A stretch of DNA of 64,000 nucleotides from Vulcanimicrobiota bacterium. Its GTDB lineage: Bacteria; Vulcanimicrobiota; Vulcanimicrobiia; Vulcanimicrobiales; Vulcanimicrobiaceae. The notes under the pieces were generated by a model. The model was not told where the DNA came from and made no database searches. It saw nothing but the letters and a program-made list of their open reading frames with translations. Below, piece by piece: positions 35,713 through 45,753 of this stretch. The DNA lies in assembly GCA_963843945.1 (NCBI GenBank), contig CAWJMF010000002.1:1657399-1721398 (forward strand). Reading direction: 5' to 3'. A program made the translations under genes and the position numbers. How positions within the stretch are numbered: position 1 is the first letter of the stretch; every line of letters begins with the position of its first letter.

Positions 35713-36517
35713 GCGCGACCGCCGCGACCTCGGTCGTGGCGTCGAGCAGCCAGCCGTCGTGGGCGGCGAAGACGCGCAGGCCGAGCTCGTCTTCGAGTTC
35801 GCGCGCCAACGCGTCGGGATCGCGTTCGAGCATGCGCGTTCCGAAGTGGGTCATCACCGCGACCCTCGGACGAATCCCGGCGATGACCGCACGCGCTTCG
35901 TCGAACGTGAGGTGATCGACGTTCATCGAATCGCGGTAGCGCAAGACGTTCACGATCAGCACGTCGGGGGAATGCGCGCGGTAGTCCTCGATCAAGCCCT
36001 CGAAGAAACGGCCGCACGGAAGATACGAAACCGTCGTACCGCGATGCGCGAAGTGCAGGCCGTACGTTTCGACGCCGTGCCGATGACGCACCGAGGTCCG
36101 CACCTCGACGTCCTTGACGCGATACGGTCCGCTGCGCTCTTCGAGGTAGTGGTGGACCGGAACGAAGCGCTGAGCGTACGGGAAGATAACCGGCTCGCCT
36201 TCGAAGGCGTCGCGCGGCGCCAGCAACGCGCCGCGCGGCTTCCAGCCGCCTTGCGTCATCGCCTCGATCATCGCGTTGACGTCGCCCGCGTGATCGAGAT
36301 GTTTGTGCGAGAGCGCGATGGCGTCGAGCTCGGGCGGCTCGCAGCGCGGAACGGAGGAAAGCGCGCGCACGAGCGCGCCCGGGCCGGGATCGACGTGAAT
36401 CTGCGTCGTTCCGCTCGCGCCGCCGCCGAAGGTGAACCACATCCCGCCCGAAGCGCGGATCTGCCGGGCCACGACGAAGCGGGCCCCGCCGGTGCCCAGA
36501 AAGCGAACCGTTATCAC
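35705..36517 (-). CDS. MBL-fold metallo-hydrolase.
   Basis: 'ALSHKHLDHAGD' metal-binding motif. 270 aa. Confidence 0.8.
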   Translation of the reverse strand: MITVRFLGTGGARFVVARQIRASGGMWFTFGGGASGTTQIHVDPGPGALVRALSSVPRCEPPELDAIALSHKHLDHAGDVNAMIEAMTQGGWKPRGALLAPRDAFEGEPVIFPYAQRFVPVHHYLEERSGPYRVKDVEVRTSVRHRHGVETYGLHFAHRGTTVSYLPCGRFFEGLIEDYRAHSPDVLIVNVLRYRDSMNVDHLTFDEARAVIAGIRPRVAVMTHFGTRMLERDPDALARELEDELGLRVFAAHDGWLLDATTEVAAVARG

Positions 36518-36542
36518 GCCTGAAGCGTTCAGCGGCCGGGCG

Positions 36543-37334
36543 TTACCATCCCATGTAGATCCCGCCGTTGATGTTCAACGACTGGCCCGTCATGTAGTCG
36601 CCCTCGACGGCGAGGAAACGCACGCCGCGCGCGATTTCCTCCGGCTTCGCCACCCGGTGCATCGGGATGCGGTCTAAAATTTTCTCTTGAATGTTGGGCG
36701 GCACCGAGCGCCACATCTCGGTTTCGACGAAGCCGGGACACACCGCGTTGACCGTGATGTTGTAGCGCGCGAGCTCGATCGCGAGCGATTTGGTAAAGCC
36801 GAGAATACCGGCTTTCGCGGCCGAATAGTTGGCTTGTCCGAAGTTCCCCATCTGACCGACGAAGGACGAGATGTTGATGATCCGGCCCCAACCGTTTTCG
36901 AGCAGCAGCGGCACCGCGCAGTGACAGCAGTTCATCACGCTCGTCAGGTTCGTGTCGATGACTTCGTGCCAATCTTGGATCGACATCTTCTTGAAGGTGC
37001 GATCGCGCAGGATCCCGGCGTTGTTGACGACGACGTCGAGCCGGCCCGTTTTGGCCTTGACGCGTTCGAACATCGCGCACACGTCTTCGAAGTTGGAAAC
37101 GTTGCCGCACTCCGCCAGCGCCGATCCGCCGGCGGCTTCGATCTGCGCGACGACGCCGGCGGCCGCTTCCGCGCCGCTGACGTAGTTCACCACGATCGTC
37201 GCGCCTGAAGCGGCGAGTTCGCGCGCGATCGCCGCGCCGATGCCGCGCGAACTGCCGGTGACGACGGCGACGCGTCCCAGCAAGGGCTTCGGGTGAGTCG
37301 GATCGGGCGCAATTGCCCGCGCTGTCGTTTCCAT
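36543..37334 (-). CDS. SDR-family 3-oxoacyl-[ACP] / acetoacetyl-CoA reductase (FabG/PhaB-like).
   Basis: 'VAVVTGSSRGIGAAIA', 'NNAG' and 'YSAAKAG' catalytic motifs. Confidence 0.85.
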   Translation of the reverse strand: METTARAIAPDPTHPKPLLGRVAVVTGSSRGIGAAIARELAASGATIVVNYVSGAEAAAGVVAQIEAAGGSALAECGNVSNFEDVCAMFERVKAKTGRLDVVVNNAGILRDRTFKKMSIQDWHEVIDTNLTSVMNCCHCAVPLLLENGWGRIINISSFVGQMGNFGQANYSAAKAGILGFTKSLAIELARYNITVNAVCPGFVETEMWRSVPPNIQEKILDRIPMHRVAKPEEIARGVRFLAVEGDYMTGQSLNINGGIYMGW

Positions 37335-37341
37335 GAAAAAG

Positions 37342-37374
37342 CCTTCGGAGAGCGCACGGGTCGCTCCCTGAAGG
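37342..37374 (-). terminator. Intrinsic terminator after the phasin gene. Its U-tract abuts the SDR start codon.
   Basis: Minus-strand hairpin 'gccttcagggagcg acccgtg cgctctccgaaggc' followed by 'ttttt', then 'cat' (the ATG of the downstream SDR gene). Confidence 0.55.
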
Positions 37375-37406
37375 CGTTTCTCAGTTAGTCGGGCAGCGCC
37401 CGGGCG

Positions 37407-37871
37407 TTAGTTCGAGCTGACGGTCTGCTGGACGCGCGCCTGAGCTTCGTCGATGCGCTTCGAGAACTCGTCGAGTTGCTGCGTCGCGGTCTCTTTGACG
37501 TAGCTCATGTTCGAAAGGCTGCTCTCGACTGCGCCGCGGAAGCCGGCCGCAACCGTCTCCTGCCACTCGGAACCGTGCGCCGCGAGCTTCTCGGCGAATT
37601 CAGACGCGTTCTGCGCGTTCTTCTGGAGTTCGCCGACGGTCAGCGACACGATCTGATTGGCCCGATCGAAGTTGTCGCGGACGGTTGCTTCGACCGCGGT
37701 CGAGCCGTACGGGCGCGACGAGATCTCGTAGACGGACTTCAAGTAATCGAGGCTGCGGCGGTTGGCCGTCGCGAAGGCGTCGATGAAGAGGGTGTAGCCG
37801 GCGCTCGTGAGTTCGAGGTAGCTGGCGGTCGTCTCTTTGACGGTCGGCGCGGGGATCGAATCCTTTTTCAT
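37407..37871 (-). CDS. Phasin-family (PHA granule-associated) protein.
   Basis: 154 aa, helical and Ala/Glu/Gln-rich, matching the phasin_2-like pattern ('...ANRRSLDYLKSVYEI...'). Genomic context with a PhaQ-like PadR, PhaB-like and PhaJ-like genes. Confidence 0.7.
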   Translation of the reverse strand: MKKDSIPAPTVKETTASYLELTSAGYTLFIDAFATANRRSLDYLKSVYEISSRPYGSTAVEATVRDNFDRANQIVSLTVGELQKNAQNASEFAEKLAAHGSEWQETVAAGFRGAVESSLSNMSYVKETATQQLDEFSKRIDEAQARVQQTVSSN

Positions 37872-38302
37872 AGTTTCTCCTCAGGAGGCTTGGGGCTGCC
37901 CACGCGTTGCGGGTGGCCCTTTTGCCACGTTCCGGTGTAGAGGCTGAAGAAGGCGTCGAGATTGGTCCGGTACTGCTCGAGCGCGGAGCTCCAAACTTTG
38001 AGCGCGTCGTTTCCGGCCCCGGTTAGCGTGTAGACGCGCCGGGCCGGGCCCTGCTCTTTCGGATCCCACCACGAGGTGATGTATCCGTCGCGCTCGAGTT
38101 GCCGCAAGGCCCGGTACACGGTTCCGGGGTCCGAGACGACCGCGAAATTTTCGCGGAGCGCCTTCATGATCTCGTAGCCGTGGAGATTCAGGTCCTTGAG
38201 CATCACCAGGAGCCATGCCATGAGGTAGTTTTTGGGCGTGCCGCGCGGGGGGAGCCCTGCGTCGGTTTTCGAGTGGTCCTGACCGTTCAGTGTTTCCTTC
38301 AT
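37868..38302 (-). CDS. PadR-family transcriptional regulator (PhaQ-like, putative PHB-responsive repressor).
   Basis: 'YLMAWLLVMLKDLNLHGYEIMKALRE...PGTVYRALRQLERDGYITSWW' PadR winged HTH. ATGA overlap with the phasin gene. Confidence 0.75.
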   Translation of the reverse strand: MKETLNGQDHSKTDAGLPPRGTPKNYLMAWLLVMLKDLNLHGYEIMKALRENFAVVSDPGTVYRALRQLERDGYITSWWDPKEQGPARRVYTLTGAGNDALKVWSSALEQYRTNLDAFFSLYTGTWQKGHPQRVGSPKPPEEKL

Positions 38303-38348
38303 GCCTATATGTGCATTCTACACCTAAGTGTGGATATTGGCAAGGAGC

Positions 38349-38801
38349 CTAGCCGGCCGCGGCGCCCGAGGCGCGCACGGCCTTCGTCAGCACGTCCTCC
38401 ACGAGGCAAACGGCCTCGCCGCCGAGGACCTTTTCACCCCGCTGGTTGCGCACCGCCGCGTCGAGCGTGAGGATCGCCCGGTCGGAGCGGTAGGCGCTGA
38501 CGGTCACGGTCACCGTGACCTCATCGCCCAAATAGACCGGCCGCAAGAACTTGAGGGCCTGGCTCATGTAGATCGTGCCGGGTCCCGGGAACTTGGTGCC
38601 GAGGAGCGCCGATATATAGGAAGCGATCAGCATCCCGTGGGCGATCCGGTGCCCGAAGCGGGTGCGAGCGGCGTAGGTCTCGTCGAGGTGGACCGGGTTG
38701 ACGTCGCCCGTCGCCCGGGCGAAGGTCTCGACTTCCTCGGCGGTCACGCTCCGCGTGAGCGAGGCACTCTGACCGACAAAGAATTCCGCGCGGCTCTCCA
38801 T
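38349..38801 (-). CDS. MaoC-like (R)-specific enoyl-CoA hydratase (PhaJ-like). ATG at 38801.
   Basis: 'TGDVNPVHLDETYAARTRFGHRIAHGML' hot-dog hydratase motif. Track start 39035 is an over-extension. Confidence 0.8.
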   Translation of the reverse strand: MESRAEFFVGQSASLTRSVTAEEVETFARATGDVNPVHLDETYAARTRFGHRIAHGMLIASYISALLGTKFPGPGTIYMSQALKFLRPVYLGDEVTVTVTVSAYRSDRAILTLDAAVRNQRGEKVLGGEAVCLVEDVLTKAVRASGAAAG

Positions 38802-38905
38802 ATTCGGAGATTTTCTCTCTAGATGGTTTTCCCCCCGCCCTGCGGCGCTTGCAGTAACGGGACTGTAACGGGCGTTCGGTACCTTACACTCGTCGGCAAG
38901 ACGAC

Positions 38906-38950
38906 AAAAAGAAGCGGCGCGACTGGGCAGTGCCGCTTCTTTTCTTTTGC
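38906..38950. terminator. Bidirectional intrinsic-terminator-like hairpin downstream of the DUF1501 gene.
   Basis: 'aaaaag aagcggc gcgactgggcagt gccgcttc ttttcttttg'. The 9-bp GC-rich stem is flanked by A-run and T-run. Confidence 0.55.
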
Positions 38951-38968
38951 CCGGCCGAACGAGGCGTT

Positions 38969-40192
38969 TTAGGCCAGGAGCGAGAGCGTCGGGAACGAGC
39001 CCGCGATGATGCCCGTGGTCGGGCGGCCGAACCACTTTTCGATGACGGTGGCGTAGACGCTGCGGAAGTCGACGGTGTATTTCACGTCGCCGTTGTCGAG
39101 CACGTCGAGCGACGGGTGCTCGCCGTAGAGGCCGCCCTTGATCCCGCCGCCGACCAGGAACATCGGGGCTGCCTCGCCGTGGTCCGTTCCGCGGCTCCCG
39201 TTTTCCGCGACCCGCCGGCCGAATTCCGAGAACGTGATCGCCAGCGTACGCTTGTCGTTCCCGTGCGCGGCGAGATCGTCGTAAAACGCCTTGAGTGCGT
39301 CCGAAAGCTCCCGCAGGAGACGGTCCTGGGTCGGCTTCTGCCCCGCGTGCGTGTCGAACGAGCCGTGCTGCACGTAGATCACCCGCGTGCCGAGGCGGCT
39401 CCCCACGATCTGCGCGGCGAGTGCGAGGCTGCGCCCCAGCGGGGTTGCGGGATACGTGCCGCTCGGCGTATAGCCCTCGATCAACTTCGGCAACTCTTCC
39501 GAGCCGCGCTGCGCGTGATCTTCGATCTCCGCGACCGTCGCGAGGTAGGGCGAACGGAACGGCACGCGGTCGTCGTGGACCATCGAGGCGAACGCGGCCC
39601 GCGTGTCGGTGCGGCGGTCGCTGGTCAAACCGTAGCCCTGCAAACCGGCGATTGCCGGAACGTCCGTCTTGCGCGAGATCATCACTTCGGGCAAGACCGG
39701 CGCGACGGCGACCGCGTTGAAGAGGTTGCTGCCCGGAAGTTCGGCCGCGTCCAAAAAGCGTCCGATCCAGCCGGTGCTCTCGTAGCGATCCGGCGCCGCG
39801 GTTTGCCAGATTTCGGTCGAGCGAAAGTGCGAGTGATCGGGCTGCGGATACCCCGCGCCCTGCACGATCGCAACGTTGCCGGCGTCGTACATCGCTTTGA
39901 GCGAGCGCATCTCGGGATTGAAGCCGACTTTGTCGTCGATCTGCAAGACGTCGTTCTGCGCGATGCCGAGCGTCGGACGGTAGCGGTAGTACGGCTGCAT
40001 TCCGTGCGGGACGATCGTGTTGAGCCCGTCGTTGCCGCCCTGCAAGTTGACGATCACGAGCACTCGCTCGTCGACGCCGCCCGGAAGTCCCGGCAGTAGC
40101 GGCTGCGCGAGTGCGCGGCCGAAGAACGAGTCGGCGTTTGCCGCGACGCTGAGGCCGGAGATCGCACCGAGGAGAAAACCGCTGCGCTTCAT
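38969..40192 (-). CDS. DUF1501 domain protein (sulfatase-like fold). Tat-type signal.
   Basis: 'MKRSGFLLGAISGLSVAANA' and '...HGSFDTHAGQ...' DUF1501 signature. Paired with DUF1800 upstream. Confidence 0.85.
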   Translation of the reverse strand: MKRSGFLLGAISGLSVAANADSFFGRALAQPLLPGLPGGVDERVLVIVNLQGGNDGLNTIVPHGMQPYYRYRPTLGIAQNDVLQIDDKVGFNPEMRSLKAMYDAGNVAIVQGAGYPQPDHSHFRSTEIWQTAAPDRYESTGWIGRFLDAAELPGSNLFNAVAVAPVLPEVMISRKTDVPAIAGLQGYGLTSDRRTDTRAAFASMVHDDRVPFRSPYLATVAEIEDHAQRGSEELPKLIEGYTPSGTYPATPLGRSLALAAQIVGSRLGTRVIYVQHGSFDTHAGQKPTQDRLLRELSDALKAFYDDLAAHGNDKRTLAITFSEFGRRVAENGSRGTDHGEAAPMFLVGGGIKGGLYGEHPSLDVLDNGDVKYTVDFRSVYATVIEKWFGRPTTGIIAGSFPTLSLLA

Positions 40193-40207
40193 TTGGGGAA
40201 AGGCTCC

Positions 40208-41731
40208 TTAGCTCAATTGGTAGGCGGGCATCGCCATCGTCAGGTACGCGGCGCCGCGCATGCGCTCTTCGAAGTTCTCGACCGACAAGGCCGCGTCGGC
40301 CGAGGTGCCCTTGCCGTCGAGATACGCGCTCAAGCGCGCCGAGGCTGCCGGGCTGGCGTCACCTTGCAGGATGGCGCCGACGAGCTTCTGCGCGGCCGCG
40401 CTGCCGCTCGGGGGCAGGCCGTCGAGCAGCCAGGTCTTACCGGGCGCCATGGCAGGCGAACCGAGCAGCGCGCTCGCAAAGTTCTCGCGGGCCAACAGCG
40501 TTTGCGTGTTGAGCCACTGCGCGCCGCCGTCCCAGCCCTTCACGCTCGGCGGATGGAACGGCAGCTGGCCCATGCGCCGCAGCAGCGGCACGACCGTCGG
40601 ATCGATCTGGGCGACCCCGTACAGCTGGTACGAACCGATGACGAACTCGACCGGACTCTTGACCAGCGCGCGATAAGCGCGTTCCGAGTAGAAGAGCTGC
40701 GAGCGGAACAGGGCCGACATGACCGGAGCCATGTTGAAGTCGTTCTTGCGGATGACCGCCGCGAAATTCGCGACCAGCTCGGGCTCGGGTTCGCTGTACA
40801 CGAAGAAACTCAAGACCTTTCCGGCGAACCATTCGGCGCAAGCCGGCTGCCGGAAGATGATGTCGACGATGTCGTCGCCGCTGAAGTCGCCGCTCTGCCC
40901 GAGGAAGGTCTTGTCGCCGTCGTCGTGCTGGCGCGCGTTGAGGAAAAACTGTCCGGTCTGGCGCTGGAACGTATAACCGGTGAAAGCTCGCGCGCTTTCG
41001 CGCACGTCCTGCTCGCTGTAGTGCCCGATGCCGAGCGTAAAGAGCTCCATCAGCTCGCGCGCCATGTTTTCGTTGGGATGCGCTTTGACGCTGCGCGCGT
41101 TATCGAGCCACTTGAGCATCGCCCGGTCGCGCACGATTTGGTGCGTCAACTCGCGCCAGTTGCCCAGCGCGTAGGCGCGCAAGAGGTTGTTCTGATCGAC
41201 GATGTCGGTGCCGTAGATGCCCTTCGTCCCGCTGGCCGTCGCGAAGTGACCGTGCAGGAACAGCGTCATCTTCTCTTGCAGCGGCGCAGGCGAAACCAGC
41301 ATCCGGTTTAGCCACCACTCGACGTTGGCGAGCTCTTGCGCGCGCCGGCTTTGGGCCAGTGCCATGCGCTGTTCGGCCGTCATGTCGGCCGGGCGCTGGA
41401 GCGCCATTCCTTGCGTGTCGAGCAACCCGGGCGGCGCCGGCAGCGCCGCAGTCGAGGGGAACCGGATCAGCGCATCGACGGCGGCACCGGTCGAGAGGCC
41501 TGCCGCATGCGCCACGTCGGCCGGCGATCCGCCGAAACCCGCCCGGCGCAGCAAGTGCGCGGCGAGCCGCGCATTCCAAGGCCCGGAGTACGGTGCGAAC
41601 GGCGAAGCCGGCGGGGAGCCGGCGGGCCGGAACGTGGCGTCGGGATCCATCTTGCGATTGTAACGGGCGGCGGGCCGAAACGCATGGCCCCCAGCCGAAT
41701 CTAACCGCGCGTTAAGCGGGGGAGCGCGCAA
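40208..41731 (-). CDS. DUF1800 family protein. Alternative start at Met28, about 41650.
   Basis: '[15 protein letters not shown]', '[27 protein letters not shown]' and 'KWLDNARS' DUF1800 signatures. Confidence 0.85.
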   Translation of the reverse strand: MRAPPLNARLDSAGGHAFRPAARYNRKMDPDATFRPAGSPPASPFAPYSGPWNARLAAHLLRRAGFGGSPADVAHAAGLSTGAAVDALIRFPSTAALPAPPGLLDTQGMALQRPADMTAEQRMALAQSRRAQELANVEWWLNRMLVSPAPLQEKMTLFLHGHFATASGTKGIYGTDIVDQNNLLRAYALGNWRELTHQIVRDRAMLKWLDNARSVKAHPNENMARELMELFTLGIGHYSEQDVRESARAFTGYTFQRQTGQFFLNARQHDDGDKTFLGQSGDFSGDDIVDIIFRQPACAEWFAGKVLSFFVYSEPEPELVANFAAVIRKNDFNMAPVMSALFRSQLFYSERAYRALVKSPVEFVIGSYQLYGVAQIDPTVVPLLRRMGQLPFHPPSVKGWDGGAQWLNTQTLLARENFASALLGSPAMAPGKTWLLDGLPPSGSAAAQKLVGAILQGDASPAASARLSAYLDGKGTSADAALSVENFEERMRGAAYLTMAMPAYQLS

Positions 41732-41778
41732 ATGTGACGGGCGGGGGCCGCAGCCGGGCGTCGAACGAGGCGCGCAAC

Positions 41779-43386
41779 ATGAAGTTGCTCGAATCGCGCG
41801 TCGCGCCGGGCGATGCGGAGTTCGTCCGCAACGCCGCGCGCATGAGCGGCCTCGTCGCGGAACTGCGGGCTCGCCTGGAGCGGGTCCGGGAGGGCGGCGG
41901 CAGCGAGGCCGTCGCCCGCCATCGCAAGCGCGGCAAGTTGACCGCGCGCGAACGCATCGACCGGCTCGCGGACCCGCTCTCGCCCTTCCTCGAATTCTCC
42001 GCCTTAGCCGCGGACGGCGTGTACGCCGACCCGACCCCCGCGGCAGGCATCGTCACGGGCGTGGTGCGGGTCGAGGGGCGCGACTGCGTCGTGATCGCCA
42101 ACGACGCGACGGTCAAGGGCGGGACGTACTATCCGCTCACGGTCAAAAAGCATCTGCGGGCGCAAGAGATCGCGCAGCAGAATCACCTGCCTTGCATCTA
42201 TCTCGTCGATTCCGGCGGCGCGTTCTTACCGATGCAGGACGAAGTCTTTCCGGACCGCGACCACTTCGGACGGATCTTTTACAATCAAGCGCGCATGTCG
42301 AGCGAAGGCATCCCGCAGATCGCCGCGGTGATGGGCTCGTGCACCGCAGGCGGCGCCTACGTTCCCGCGATGTCCGACGAAACGATCATCGTGGCCGGCT
42401 ACGGAACGATCTTCCTGGGCGGTCCGCCGCTCGTGCAGGCGGCGACGGGTGAAGTCGTGAGCGCGGAGGAGCTGGGCGGCGCGGACGTGCACACGCGCAT
42501 TTCCGGCGTAGCGGATCATTTCGCCGACGACGACGAACACGCGCTCGCGCTGGTGCGCTCGATCGTGGCCAACCTGGCACCACCGCCCGCGCCTTCGCGC
42601 GAAGACGCGCCGCCCGAACCGCCGGCCTACGACCCCCAGGAGCTGTACGGCGTCATCCCGGCCGACCCGCGAATCGGGTACGACGTGCGCGAGGTCATCG
42701 CGCGCCTCGTCGACGGGTCGCTCTTCCACGAATTCAAGCCGCTCTACGGCGCGACGCTCGTCTGCGGCTTCGCGCGCATCGAGGGGCACCAGGTCGGCAT
42801 CCTCGCCAACAACGGCATCCTGTTTAGCGAGAGCGCGCTCAAGGGAACGCATTTCATCGAGCTCTGCACGCAACGGAACACGCCGCTCGTTTTCTTGCAG
42901 AACATCACCGGTTTCATGGTCGGCAAAGAATACGAGCATCGCGGCATCGCCAAAGACGGCGCCAAACTCGTGATGGCCGTGGCCTGCGCGGAGGTCCCGA
43001 AGTTCACGGTCGTGATCGGCGGGAGCTTCGGCGCGGGAAACTACGGGATGTGCGGGCGCGCCTTCTCGCCGCGCCAACTCTGGATGTGGCCGAACGCGCG
43101 CATCTCGGTGATGGGCGGCCCGCAGGCTGCGTCGACCCTTTTGACGGTTCGCATGGATGCAGAGAAGGCCAAGGGGCGTTCCCTCGGCGACGACGAGCAA
43201 GAACGTTTCAAAGCGCCGATCCTCGAGAAGTACGAGCGCGAAGGGAGCCCCTATTACTCGAGCGCGCGGCTGTGGGACGACGGCGTCATCGATCCGCTCG
43301 ACACGCGCCGCGTACTCGCGCTCGGGCTCGAGTTCGCCGCGTACGCGGCGCCGAAAGCGACGCGCTTCGGCGTTTTCCGGATGTAG
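41779..43386 (+). CDS. mccB: Methylcrotonoyl-CoA carboxylase carboxyltransferase (beta) subunit. ATG at 41779.
   Basis: Acyl-CoA carboxylase beta-subunit signature ('...[21 protein letters not shown]...'). Confidence 0.9.
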   Translation: MKLLESRVAPGDAEFVRNAARMSGLVAELRARLERVREGGGSEAVARHRKRGKLTARERIDRLADPLSPFLEFSALAADGVYADPTPAAGIVTGVVRVEGRDCVVIANDATVKGGTYYPLTVKKHLRAQEIAQQNHLPCIYLVDSGGAFLPMQDEVFPDRDHFGRIFYNQARMSSEGIPQIAAVMGSCTAGGAYVPAMSDETIIVAGYGTIFLGGPPLVQAATGEVVSAEELGGADVHTRISGVADHFADDDEHALALVRSIVANLAPPPAPSREDAPPEPPAYDPQELYGVIPADPRIGYDVREVIARLVDGSLFHEFKPLYGATLVCGFARIEGHQVGILANNGILFSESALKGTHFIELCTQRNTPLVFLQNITGFMVGKEYEHRGIAKDGAKLVMAVACAEVPKFTVVIGGSFGAGNYGMCGRAFSPRQLWMWPNARISVMGGPQAASTLLTVRMDAEKAKGRSLGDDEQERFKAPILEKYEREGSPYYSSARLWDDGVIDPLDTRRVLALGLEFAAYAAPKATRFGVFRM

Positions 43387-43450
43387 CGCGGAGCCCGGCG
43401 ATGCCGCGCGGCGCAACCAATCGCTCCTCGCGGCGGTTGTGACATCTGCT

Positions 43451-44374
43451 ATGCTGTCCGCGATTCGTCCGTCGTGGGCGCGTTTTTCTGCGCCCGGAGC
43501 CTCCATCATCGCCGCCTACGCGGCGATGGTTTTGATTTGGGGCACGACCTGGCTTGGAATCAAGGTCTCGCTCGCGGGACTTCCGCCCTTGACCGGCGCC
43601 GGCGTGCGGTTCCTCGTGGCAGGCCTCGCCTTTTACGCGATCGCCTTCGGAATGAAGACGGACTTCCGCAAGGCCGCGCCTCCCGTGCATCTCGTGCTCG
43701 TTTTGGCGCTGACGATGTTCGGCTTGACCTACGCGCTCACGTACCTCGCCGAAACGCAACTCTCGTCCGGGCTCGTCGCCGTTCTCTTCGGCACCTTGCC
43801 GTTCTTCGTGTATGCCTTCGCGCACGTTCTCGTCGGCGAACGGGCTACGCCGCGCATGCTGTTCGGAGCGCTGCTCGCACTGGCCGGCGTCGCGGCGATC
43901 TCGTTCTCGGGCAACTTCCGGGCCGGCCTCGCGTACATCGCGGCAGCGCTGCTAGCCTCGGCCGCCTCGGCGTTCGCGAACGTCTATTTGAAGCGCTATG
44001 CACACGCCGAACCTCTCGCGACGTTACCGCCGGCGATGCTGTTGGGCGGCGCGCTGATGTTCGCAAGCGGGCTCGCTTTCGAGCACGTCGAGCTCGCGCG
44101 AGCGCTGACGCTCCCCTCGCTCGCATCGATTCTCTATCTCGCCGCCGGCGGAAGCGTCATCGCGTATTACCTGAACCACTGGCTGCTGCAGCGCGTCGAC
44201 TCGGGCACCGTTGGCCTCTCAGCGCTGATGATCCCGGTCGTCGCGGTGGTCGTCGGCGTGATGTTCGGGGGAGAGGTGCTGCGCCTCGCCGACTTCGCGG
44301 GGGCTGCGCTGGTGCTGGCCGGCAGCTGGGTCGCGCTCGCGCCCGAGCGCGCGGCGAAAGCCGTCGCCGGCTAA
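43451..44374 (+). CDS. EamA/DMT-family transporter. ATG at 43451.
   Basis: 10 TM with duplicated EamA domains. The track ORF 5' part (43157..43450) is an off-frame shadow of the mccB 3' end. Confidence 0.8.
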   Translation: MLSAIRPSWARFSAPGASIIAAYAAMVLIWGTTWLGIKVSLAGLPPLTGAGVRFLVAGLAFYAIAFGMKTDFRKAAPPVHLVLVLALTMFGLTYALTYLAETQLSSGLVAVLFGTLPFFVYAFAHVLVGERATPRMLFGALLALAGVAAISFSGNFRAGLAYIAAALLASAASAFANVYLKRYAHAEPLATLPPAMLLGGALMFASGLAFEHVELARALTLPSLASILYLAAGGSVIAYYLNHWLLQRVDSGTVGLSALMIPVVAVVVGVMFGGEVLRLADFAGAALVLAGSWVALAPERAAKAVAG

Positions 44375-45603
44375 GCCTCGGCCGCCGGAACGGCTGGCTC
44401 GCTGCGCAAACGCAGGACGGGGCTCGCGACGATCCACAAGCTCGCGAGCAGCTGGATCGCGCCGGCCGTAAGGATCGTCGGCACGCTCCCGATCGCGTTC
44501 CCGAGAAATCCGCCCGCCAGCGCGCCGAGCGGCATCGTTCCCCACACGAACGTGCGCATCGTCGCGTTCATGCGGCCCTGGAGTTCGTGCGGCACCATCG
44601 CCTGGCGCAGACTCACCTGGTTGATGTTGTAGATCGGGACGAGAAACGTCGTCAGCAGCTCGACCGCGAAAATAATCGCTACCGGAGCAGCGAGCGCGGC
44701 TAAGGGAAGGCCGAGCGCGACGACGCCCCCCGCGAACGACGCGAGCGCCAACGTCGGGCCGAGCCCCAAGCGACGCCGGAACCACGTCGCCAGCGCGGCG
44801 CCCGCGAAGCCGACGTTGGCAAGCGCGAAGGCAATCCCCATCACGGTCGGCGAGAGGTGCAGCTGCCGGTACGCAAAGATCAGGAAAACCGCACCGGTCA
44901 TTGAGGAGCCGAAGTTCGACGTCGCCGTGCATCCGGCGATCGAGCGGAGGATCGGCGAACCGGCGACGACGCCGAGGCCTTCGCGTAGCTCGGCGAGGAA
45001 CGAGGGCGACCCGGCCGAGCGCGCGGATTTGGATGGCTCGCGCGTGCGAATCAGCGCGAGGGAGAGCGTCGACACCACGAACGAAAGCGCGTCGACGCCC
45101 AGCGCGAACGGCGCGCCGATCGCAGCGATCAAAGGGCCGGCCAGCCCGTTGCCGGCGATCTGCGCGACCGAGCGCGAGAACTCGAGACGCGCGTTCGCGC
45201 CCGGCAGCGCCGCGCGCTCGACGAGCGACGGCAGATACGATTGATAGCAAATCTCGAAGAAGACGCTGCCGATGCCCATCACAGTCGCCGCGACCGCGAG
45301 TTGCACGAAGCCAAGACGGTGCATGGCAGCCGCCAGCAAAATCCAGCCGAGCACGGCGGCGCGCACGACGTCGGCCACGATCATGATCGGCCGGCGCGCA
45401 ATGCGATCGGCCCAAACGCCGACCGCGAGCCCCAAAAGGGGGAACGCCGCGAACGCGAGCGCGTTGAGTATTCCGACTTGCAGTGCCGTAGCGTGCAGCG
45501 TCAGAATCGCGACCGACGGCAGCGCGAGCGCGGTGACCGCACTCCCAAATAAGCTAATCGACTGCCCGAACCAGAGTGCGTTGAAGTCGCGGCCGAGCTT
45601 CAT
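44371..45603 (-). CDS. MFS transporter.
   Basis: 410 aa, 12 TM, with 'GVWADRIARRP' MFS motif A. Confidence 0.8.
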   Translation of the reverse strand: MKLGRDFNALWFGQSISLFGSAVTALALPSVAILTLHATALQVGILNALAFAAFPLLGLAVGVWADRIARRPIMIVADVVRAAVLGWILLAAAMHRLGFVQLAVAATVMGIGSVFFEICYQSYLPSLVERAALPGANARLEFSRSVAQIAGNGLAGPLIAAIGAPFALGVDALSFVVSTLSLALIRTREPSKSARSAGSPSFLAELREGLGVVAGSPILRSIAGCTATSNFGSSMTGAVFLIFAYRQLHLSPTVMGIAFALANVGFAGAALATWFRRRLGLGPTLALASFAGGVVALGLPLAALAAPVAIIFAVELLTTFLVPIYNINQVSLRQAMVPHELQGRMNATMRTFVWGTMPLGALAGGFLGNAIGSVPTILTAGAIQLLASLWIVASPVLRLRSEPAVPAAEA

Positions 45604-45753
45604 TCCCGCACTTTAGTGTCCGCGCGAGCCTTCGCCTCGCACGTTTTCCCGGAACGCGCGCCGGCAGCTGTGTCCGACATCCGTGGGAAAGGGAAGGAGC
45701 CCAGCGAAGGCGCACAAGTCGCCGGCGCTGCGGCGGGATAGGTTTCGAACGAC

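Noticed and set aside
38303-38348. A clean PadR-type inverted-repeat operator upstream of the PhaQ-like gene.
   Set aside because: The AT-rich segment contains only imperfect symmetry (cac...gtg around 'ctaag'). It is reported as a candidate region in the findings, not as a defined site.
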